Shown in pieces: positions 57,494 through 64,000 of a stretch of 64,000 nt of DNA; position 1 is the stretch's first letter, and each line of letters opens with the position of its first letter. A program made the position numbers and the translations under genes. The DNA comes from a virus: the IMG/VR virus record IMGVR_UViG_3300036939_000082, positions 124,943 to 188,942 of that record. One strand, 5' to 3'. The notes under the pieces are model-generated. The model was not told where the DNA came from. It saw only the letters and a program-made list of their open reading frames with translations, and made no database searches.

Positions 57494-57682
57494 ATGACTC
57501 CCAAGGAAATCAAAAAACTTAAACAGAGAATTGCTGTACTCAACAGATTGATAGCTCGTTTTAGTTATTCCAGAAAGTTTATCCGGCGGTGCTGTGGCGA
57601 ACTGCTGGACAAAGAGGCTAAATTGCGCCAGAATACCGTTCAATACAAGATAGCTTCCAGCGGTCAACTCTGTTTGTTTTAA
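57494..57682 (+). CDS. small basic protein ending in QLCLF
   Basis: 62 aa; stop abuts the next ORF. Confidence 0.6.
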   Translation: MTPKEIKKLKQRIAVLNRLIARFSYSRKFIRRCCGELLDKEAKLRQNTVQYKIASSGQLCLF

Positions 57683-57720
57683 TGGCGGGCGATCGGATTA
57701 TCCAACTACATCACGAAACA

Positions 57721-58191
57721 ATGAAAACTTTGCAAAAGATTCTTGATGAAACCCCAACATTAATTGAACAGGCTTATCTCGATCTTGAAAACAATCAAAT
57801 TGAGAATGTTGAGTTACTAGCACCTCTGACTAACTTGATAGGTCTTTACCTCAGAGACAATCAAATAAGCGATATTAAACCGCTTGCATCTCTGACTAAT
57901 TTGACTACTCTTTACCTCGCAAACAATCATATCGCCGATTTGGAACCGCTTACATCTTTGACTAATTTGACTGTATTGTCGCTCGGAAACAATCTAATCA
58001 GCGATTTAAGACCGTTGACATCCCTGGCAAAACTAACTACACTTTCTTTGGAAAACAATTTGATTAGCAACTTAAAACCGTTAGAAAACCTCGTTCATTT
58101 GATTTGGATCGATATTACAAACAATCAAGTCAGCAATGAAGATATTGTCTGGTTGCAAAACAAGTTGCCAAAATGCCGGATTTACTTCTGA
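57721..58191 (+). CDS. leucine-rich repeat protein (internalin-like 22-aa repeats)
   Basis: Six repeats of LxLxxNxIxDLxPLxxLTNLTx. Confidence 0.85.
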   Translation: MKTLQKILDETPTLIEQAYLDLENNQIENVELLAPLTNLIGLYLRDNQISDIKPLASLTNLTTLYLANNHIADLEPLTSLTNLTVLSLGNNLISDLRPLTSLAKLTTLSLENNLISNLKPLENLVHLIWIDITNNQVSNEDIVWLQNKLPKCRIYF

Positions 58192-58205
58192 AAAACTTGC
58201 TCCTA

Positions 58206-58230
58206 TATCCGCAGGAGCTAAAAGGGCGGA
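58206..58230 (+). repeat. 25-bp leader repeat (identical copy at 58481..58505)
   Basis: TATCCGCAGGAGCTAAAAGGGCGGA twice, each ~30 nt before an ATG. Confidence 0.9.
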
Positions 58231-58257
58231 CAATTCAATCAACTACATCACAAAACA

Positions 58258-58449
58258 ATGACAACCAAAAACATCGAAAAAAATAATGCTGTAATTGGAT
58301 GGGTTATACCACCAGCTAACACAGTACGTCGCCCTTCTCCTTGGAGACATAATTACAGTTGGTTTCCGGTATGTACAATAGATTATTTACCAAGTCAAAA
58401 AGACAAATATCATCCCGTTGACAAGCCCCTAGGCGGTTGGGGTATCTAA
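58258..58449 (+). CDS. hypothetical protein (63 aa)
   Basis: Lies between the two leader repeats. Confidence 0.55.
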   Translation: MTTKNIEKNNAVIGWVIPPANTVRRPSPWRHNYSWFPVCTIDYLPSQKDKYHPVDKPLGGWGI

Positions 58450-58537
58450 AAGTAACAAAGCATCAAACCGTTTTGCTCAGTATCCGCAGGAGCTAAAAGG
58501 GCGGATGATTTAACTTACTCAATTTCAACACAAAACA

Positions 58538-59611
58538 ATGACAGCCGAAAACACAATTTCAATCCCCGGTATCCAGCCTTCTTTGCTAGAAGAAGCTAAA
58601 AAGATGCGCGATCGCCAGCTAGAAGAACTCGATCGCCTGCGTCAAAAGAAAGAAGCTCTTGAGTCCAAGCGCATTGAAGAAAGCAAGCAAGCTTTTCTAG
58701 AATATTTGGATAAATACGCTGGCAGTATCTTGAATCAGTTAGATTTTTCGACACCCCCTCTAGATATTGAGAACTATGATGGGTTGTGGGTTTACGATTT
58801 CACGGTTGCTCACACAGTCATTTCATTAGCAGCACCAGAAAATCTTCACGGTGGCAAATGTACAGTCGGTGTCAGCGTCAAAGGTAGTTACTTTGGGGAT
58901 GTAAAAAGGAAGTGGATTGACAGAGACAATTTTTCTGATTACTTGTTTGGTCTTGTAGGTGAGATAGTTGAAGAATATCAGCAATATCGCTGGTTAGTAG
59001 TAGATTTAGACCAATACAATTCTGAACTTAAAGTCGCAGCACAAAAAACTGAAAACCACATCGCAAATGACAAACACTCTGTTTGGACTTGGTCCGATCG
59101 CGCAACTCTAAACTTCTACAAAATTACCTGGACAAAAGGTGGTTGTTGTAGCTCAGATACCGAGTCCGGTTGGTCGCTGTCCGATCGCCCCGACGACGAC
59201 GGTTACTTCCACCTGTTAACCCCGACGAACAGTATCAACCCTCGAAAGCTAAAAGTTACCCCCAGCGCGATCGAGCTTTTTTCTGTAGCACGATCCGAAG
59301 ATGTGCCACCCGAACTCATGGTAACTATCTGTCCCGAATTTGAGGTGGCGATCGCTTCAGAGCTTACACTCCATGAAGTCAATTGGACTGAAGAACAAAT
59401 CCTAGCCTACAAACAAGGGGTAGAAAACTGTCCATTGAATGAGATTACAGAAGATGACATTCACATTCTCTTCCCAGAACACCTTCCCAAGCGTCCGAGC
59501 GAAATTCCAGACTTGGTGGTGTATCGAACACAGTCTATCGAGCTAGGACGAGTGCCTTGTCTTCAAATTAGACAGGCGGTTGAGGCGATCGCTTCTTGCG
59601 AAAATAGCTAA
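58538..59611 (+). CDS. hypothetical protein (357 aa) with N-terminal coiled coil
   Basis: Clean ORF. Confidence 0.7.
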   Translation: MTAENTISIPGIQPSLLEEAKKMRDRQLEELDRLRQKKEALESKRIEESKQAFLEYLDKYAGSILNQLDFSTPPLDIENYDGLWVYDFTVAHTVISLAAPENLHGGKCTVGVSVKGSYFGDVKRKWIDRDNFSDYLFGLVGEIVEEYQQYRWLVVDLDQYNSELKVAAQKTENHIANDKHSVWTWSDRATLNFYKITWTKGGCCSSDTESGWSLSDRPDDDGYFHLLTPTNSINPRKLKVTPSAIELFSVARSEDVPPELMVTICPEFEVAIASELTLHEVNWTEEQILAYKQGVENCPLNEITEDDIHILFPEHLPKRPSEIPDLVVYRTQSIELGRVPCLQIRQAVEAIASCENS

Positions 59612-59686
59612 ATTTGTACAATCGCCAAACTGCGGTACGGCTGAATAGAACCGCAATTAATTTACCCAATAATCACGAAAAACACA

Positions 59687-60682
59687 ATGTCTAACTCAAC
59701 TGGTAAAACAAAAGCGGAAGTCGTTGATACAAGCGCGATTGAAACAACTGAAGTAGAAGTTCTCCAAACTGCAAGAATGTACGATCTCGATTCTGAACTA
59801 TTTTCTGAGGAGTATTTTGCACCACTTGAAGAGCCTTTGCCTTATGCGATTAGTGACGCTCGCGGGTTCATAACGATTCCCGAAACAGAAATAGAAAAAA
59901 CTTTGTGGCTAGATCCTCCACAAAACTTTATCACTGAATCAATTAAAGGGGGAGAACCGTTCTCTGCTATCAGGTTTACCGATGTTCGCATTTCCCTTTT
60001 GGGAAAAAGTGCACCGTACTGGTACTACTCGAATTCACCTGAAAATAGAGCTTCAAAACTTGCGGGTAAACCAGTTTGTTGGTACAACTCTCCCGATGGA
60101 GAGATTTTAAAAGCTAAGCTAGAGACAGATCCTTTGCCTGCCAGCAATATCCGTCCTTATGCTTATGCAACGAAACTTCAGTTTTTGCTGCTAGATTCAG
60201 ACAACATCCCCCTGCATGAAATTCCATTCACTTGCAATTTTCGAGGTAGTGCTTGCTGGCACGTTTTGGATGAATTGCGGAAATTCTACTCATCTGCTGA
60301 AAAAACATTGTCCAAGGTAGGCAATTTTCGTCGAACTGCTTTTGATCAAAGGGTGCGGTCACTGTTGATTCCTAGTATTAAATTTGGAACAGATTGGGTA
60401 GGATCTGTCGCCAAGTCCGAAGCAATTCGGATCAAGGAAATTACGAAGCCAACTGTAGAAAATATGACCGAGTGGTATTTGGGTTTTAAACAAACGACTG
60501 CTACTCGCAACCTAATTTGGGACACGCAATTTAACTACAAAGATTGTGGTGCAAATCGATTGCCAGAACCGATCGCCCTTAATTCAGCACAGATCGCCCC
60601 GGCAATTCCTAGTAGCGCCAACGTTCCTCAATTGAATCCCGGTTCCGAAGAAGTAGATGCTGAAGCAGCTAACCTTTTTTAA
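59687..60682 (+). CDS. DUF5895-like cyanobacterial/phage protein
   Basis: LQFLLLDSDNIPLHEIPFTCNFRGSA resembles the DUF5895 core (recalled, not searched). Confidence 0.55.
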   Translation: MSNSTGKTKAEVVDTSAIETTEVEVLQTARMYDLDSELFSEEYFAPLEEPLPYAISDARGFITIPETEIEKTLWLDPPQNFITESIKGGEPFSAIRFTDVRISLLGKSAPYWYYSNSPENRASKLAGKPVCWYNSPDGEILKAKLETDPLPASNIRPYAYATKLQFLLLDSDNIPLHEIPFTCNFRGSACWHVLDELRKFYSSAEKTLSKVGNFRRTAFDQRVRSLLIPSIKFGTDWVGSVAKSEAIRIKEITKPTVENMTEWYLGFKQTTATRNLIWDTQFNYKDCGANRLPEPIALNSAQIAPAIPSSANVPQLNPGSEEVDAEAANLF

Positions 60683-60762
60683 GACTAAATCTCCCTAGTT
60701 TCAGTTTTAGAGCTAGGTGGTTTATCGCTACCTAGCTCTTGCTCTTTTACCCGATGTTTAAA

Positions 60763-60927
60763 ATGCCATTATCAAAGATCAAGCAACTACCGCCATTAGT
60801 CAAATACCCTGGAGGTAAAACCCTAGTTGCCCCATTAATAGCCGAACACTACGATCGCCAGCTCAGATATGTTTCGCTGTTTGTCGGCGGGTTGGGAGAC
60901 GTAATGGCGATCGACCCAAAACACTAA
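60763..60927 (+). pseudogene. N-terminal fragment of a Dam-like (D12 class) adenine methyltransferase
   Basis: VKYPGGKTLVAPLI...RYVSLFVGGLG, then a stop after 54 aa. No DPPY motif. Confidence 0.65.
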
Positions 60928-60965
60928 CCGCCGATCAATCTGTACCATAAACCACATACTTCATT

Positions 60966-61703
60966 ATGTACGCACTAAACAACAAAATAGATAATCCAAG
61001 ATCGACTAGACATGAGTTTGACTTTTACGAGACTCCCGCGTGGTTGACACTTTTAGGACTAGCTCACATTCCTTTTTCTGGCACGATCGGGGAGCCTTGC
61101 GCGGGACACGGCGCGATCGCCACAATCATGAAAGAGGCTGGCTTCAGTATCTGGCTCAACGATATTGATTCAAACAAGCCTGCCGACTATCACGGCGATG
61201 CAACCAAGGTACAACACTGGGAAACTTTGCCGGAAGCTGACTGGATTTTCAGCAACCCGCCGTATGGGAAACTTGCCGCACCAATTGTCCAAAACGCATA
61301 TTGCCACGCAAAGATTGGCATTGCTATGATTCTCCGGTTGAACTGGCTTGAGGTCTGCGACGATCGTGCTGACTTTCTCAAGCGTCATCCACCAACGCTA
61401 ATAATCAACGTCCCCAGATTTTGTTACACAAAATCAGCTAAAGGGGAATGGGCTACAGATATGTGTCCAACCAATATCTATTGTTGGCAAAAGTCAAATA
61501 TTAGCGGATTGACAGAGATTCTGTCGCTATCAAAAGCGGAAATTCCTCTATTTTACAAAAACCCAGACGAAAGCCCTACGGTTGAACAAGTCAAAGTGGA
61601 AATTCCTCGTCGAATCAATAAATGGGCAAATCCTTCTGGGAAACGACGAACACTAGAAGATTTGCAGAGGTTGTTAGGTACTGACAAACCCGCTCAGATG
61701 TAA
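60966..61703 (+). CDS. phage amino-DNA methyltransferase (N6-A/N4-C)
   Basis: DFYETP, EPCAGHGAI, WIFSNPPY, MILRLNWLE. Confidence 0.8.
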   Translation: MYALNNKIDNPRSTRHEFDFYETPAWLTLLGLAHIPFSGTIGEPCAGHGAIATIMKEAGFSIWLNDIDSNKPADYHGDATKVQHWETLPEADWIFSNPPYGKLAAPIVQNAYCHAKIGIAMILRLNWLEVCDDRADFLKRHPPTLIINVPRFCYTKSAKGEWATDMCPTNIYCWQKSNISGLTEILSLSKAEIPLFYKNPDESPTVEQVKVEIPRRINKWANPSGKRRTLEDLQRLLGTDKPAQM

Positions 61704-61805
61704 TGAGATCGCCCGTGAACCGATCGCGTTATCGAACTTTATTCTGACTTGGGCTTTACTATTACCACCTTCCACAAAACTCGGGCCATTAACTGCAAGG
61801 GGGAA

Positions 61806-61868
61806 GGGAGGAAAACCGGGGCGATCGAAATGTTAGCAACTAAAAATACCACAAAGGAAAAAACAATG
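61806..61868 (+). repeat. ~62-bp leader repeat (copy at 62192..62255)
   Basis: GGGAGGAAAAC..GGG.GATCGAAATGTT.GCAAC.AAAAATAC.ACAAAGG.AAAAAACAATG before two consecutive genes. Confidence 0.85.
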
Positions 61869-62180
61869 TTAATGTCAACAATAGACCGTGTAAAACAGTT
61901 CTTTCAAAAAGATAAGGAAAGAAATGACGAGATATCTTTCAACTGTCCATGTTGCAACCACGTTTTTCTTGAGTCATATTTGTTGGATAAAGAAATTAAG
62001 CTCCGAAACAATTTACCCTATCCTCCACTTTTTTGGCGTACAATTACCTGTCCATCATGTGAGTCAAGATATTATGCACAAAAAGAGGAAAATAAAGTGA
62101 TTCTTGAGGCAATAACGGACTTCAACGAGAATGAAGATGTGTTGATTGACCCAAAAAGATATCGAGATATTTGGTGGTAG
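61866..62180 (+). CDS. small Zn-ribbon protein
   Basis: CPCC...CPSC. Confidence 0.65.
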   Translation: MLMSTIDRVKQFFQKDKERNDEISFNCPCCNHVFLESYLLDKEIKLRNNLPYPPLFWRTITCPSCESRYYAQKEENKVILEAITDFNENEDVLIDPKRYRDIWW

Positions 62181-62252
62181 TATTACAAATGGGGAGGAAA
62201 ACACGGGTGATCGAAATGTTGGCAACCAAAAATACTACAAAGGGAAAAAACA

Positions 62253-62597
62253 ATGCCTGATTACTACGATACAGTTTACCGTCAAGTCATCAAAGAAATT
62301 CTAAGTAAACACATTAGACCTTATGACGAAAAAGAAGAGAAAGTCTGTGAATTTTCCTGGGCAATTCTTGCCAGGGAACGTTATGCAGGGGCAACAGGTC
62401 TTACAAAAAGGATTGAATACGATGTAGTTGAAAATGAAAGTATAGTCTGTGGCATCAAGAACATCAAGCAGCAAACAGATTTTATCTCGTTTCAGATAGA
62501 TGTCTACAGGTTATCAAACAGCTATTATCTAGTAGAGCAAGCGAAGAGGATAACTTTCCAGTTGTGCAACGCAAAGCTTTATGACTTCATTCACTAA
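62253..62597 (+). CDS. hypothetical protein (114 aa)
   Basis: Follows the leader repeat. Confidence 0.6.
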   Translation: MPDYYDTVYRQVIKEILSKHIRPYDEKEEKVCEFSWAILARERYAGATGLTKRIEYDVVENESIVCGIKNIKQQTDFISFQIDVYRLSNSYYLVEQAKRITFQLCNAKLYDFIH

Positions 62598-62631
62598 AAC
62601 AAAGTCAAAACATTCTCCCAAACACAAAACA

Positions 62632-63105
62632 ATGAAAACATCAACAGAATTAAAAGCTGAGCTAGAAAACTTGAGGCAAGAAAGCAGTGCTTTAGCAACA
62701 GAAGCCAAAGAACTAGAACAAAGATTGAAAGCGATCGAAGACAGGAAAGCCAATCTTGATGGAGGTAGATATCGGGGACTGATCGAATGTAAAATTGCTG
62801 AAATCAAAGAAGCTGAGTCTCGCGAGAAAGATGAAGCTTGTCCTCGACCAATTTGGATAGAGCCTCCTGCGATGTCTCTCACAACGGATAAGATTTTGGT
62901 AATTAGTAGAATCACAAAGAAAAGGATAACCCTAAAAGAAATTGGAGGGCGTGAAGTTCATTTTTCAAAAGAGACAGGAACTACTGTTTACGATGATTAC
63001 ACCTACGATCGCGTAAAGCTAGATGTAAATGCAGCTATTGATATCTGGGATTCTCATGTCAAAAATACAAAGCAGGAGAGCTTAAAATGCAGCAAGATCG
63101 TTTGA
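62632..63105 (+). CDS. hypothetical coiled-coil protein
   Basis: ACAAAACAATG leader. Confidence 0.6.
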   Translation: MKTSTELKAELENLRQESSALATEAKELEQRLKAIEDRKANLDGGRYRGLIECKIAEIKEAESREKDEACPRPIWIEPPAMSLTTDKILVISRITKKRITLKEIGGREVHFSKETGTTVYDDYTYDRVKLDVNAAIDIWDSHVKNTKQESLKCSKIV

Positions 63106-63605
63106 TTGAACTCTACCTCAGAGATTACTGTTTGCCGATCTATCCATCGGACTTCGATTCTTTGCGGTATGCTGTCAAAAATCCAGAATGGAATTGTTTA
63201 ACCCGTAATGTATTTCAGTCAATAGCTGTATCGGAAAATCTCAAACTTGACGATATTACTCTTGGGTTTTGGCACTGCGAAGATTACCGCGAAGAGTATG
63301 AAGTAAGAATTTCTCAAGACAATCGAAAGCTCGCTACCATCAAGTGGGAATTTCAAGATGCAGCCAAAAGAGGTTCTCGATTCTTACTTTTAGACTACTT
63401 AATTGATTTTTGGAAACAGGAACGCGAGGAACTTCAGCTAGAGCAAGGCGAGCAAATATTGTTTGATTGGGGAATGAGCCAAATCGAAAACTTTGTGGAC
63501 GATCGCCCGATAGTAAATATCAATCGAACCGCGATAGATCATCCCAATCGATTAGGGTTTGTTGAAAAAGTAATTTGCGAAATCCTTGAGTCAAAGAATA
63601 CATAA
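63087..63605 (+). CDS. hypothetical protein (172 aa)
   Basis: Overlaps the upstream gene end. Confidence 0.6.
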   Translation: MQQDRLIELYLRDYCLPIYPSDFDSLRYAVKNPEWNCLTRNVFQSIAVSENLKLDDITLGFWHCEDYREEYEVRISQDNRKLATIKWEFQDAAKRGSRFLLLDYLIDFWKQEREELQLEQGEQILFDWGMSQIENFVDDRPIVNINRTAIDHPNRLGFVEKVICEILESKNT

Positions 63606-63610
63606 CAATA

Positions 63611-64000
63611 GTGGAGGGACAAATGTTTCTAAAACACGCAGACGTTCATATTTCCGAGATAAATTCGAGGGCTTTTCGTATAACAACAAGTCAAGATAGT
63701 TACAAGTTGGCGCGATCGATACTTTTGAATCTCAAAGACCAATGCGCACTGCCTTTACACTTGCATTCAGAAGAAGTGGCAGCAGTGACTAAAAAAGCAA
63801 AAGTAGTAGATAAGTCTATTGTTTTTACCCACCATCCTGATATCATTTTTGAGGAAAATTTACCACCTAGATACCGAAACGAGTTTATAGTGGAAGGTCA
63901 TAGGCTCGTAGGTCAAGACCGGAACAAAATGATTATTTTGGCTAATAACCTAGCTGACAATCTAAAATCTTTTGGTCTTTCCGTAGTCATTCACGCCTAA
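63611..64000 (+). CDS. hypothetical protein (129 aa)
   Basis: Complete ORF ending at the window end. Confidence 0.55.
   Translation: MEGQMFLKHADVHISEINSRAFRITTSQDSYKLARSILLNLKDQCALPLHLHSEEVAAVTKKAKVVDKSIVFTHHPDIIFEENLPPRYRNEFIVEGHRLVGQDRNKMIILANNLADNLKSFGLSVVIHA

Overview
64-kb segment of a large cyanobacterial tailed phage, prophage or phage-plasmid. The host is inferred from very dense HIP1 GCGATCGC sites, a cyAbrB-like regulator, a Cph1/Rcp1-like signalling pair and cyanobacterial-type IS605/IS1341 elements. No capsid, terminase or integrase is visible in the window. Left half: minus-strand tail genes (a truncated tail fibre with an S74-type chaperone domain missed by the ORF track, a GH19+M23 tail lysin, and a ~6,290-aa TP901-type tape-measure protein), interrupted by a plus-strand GAF/PAS histidine kinase with two response regulators and a cluster of small palindrome/promoter-flanked genes. 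Centre: a sliding-clamp-like gene divergent from a DarB-like methyltransferase-SNF2 helicase with an acidic tail, then a beta-helix/IPT protein. Right half: small accessory/early genes (HNH endonuclease, HTH replication initiator, AbrB-like and XRE regulators, LRR protein, DUF5895-like protein, DNA methyltransferase), two tnpB-only IS elements with reconstructable insertion sites, and several decayed genes. Main leads: the giant modular TMP; a 43-nt hairpin leader shared by the TMP and tail-fibre genes; a phage-borne two-component system; a tnpB locus with two tandem right ends; and a TnpB reading through into its target gene. All family assignments come from motif recognition by eye, without database searches.
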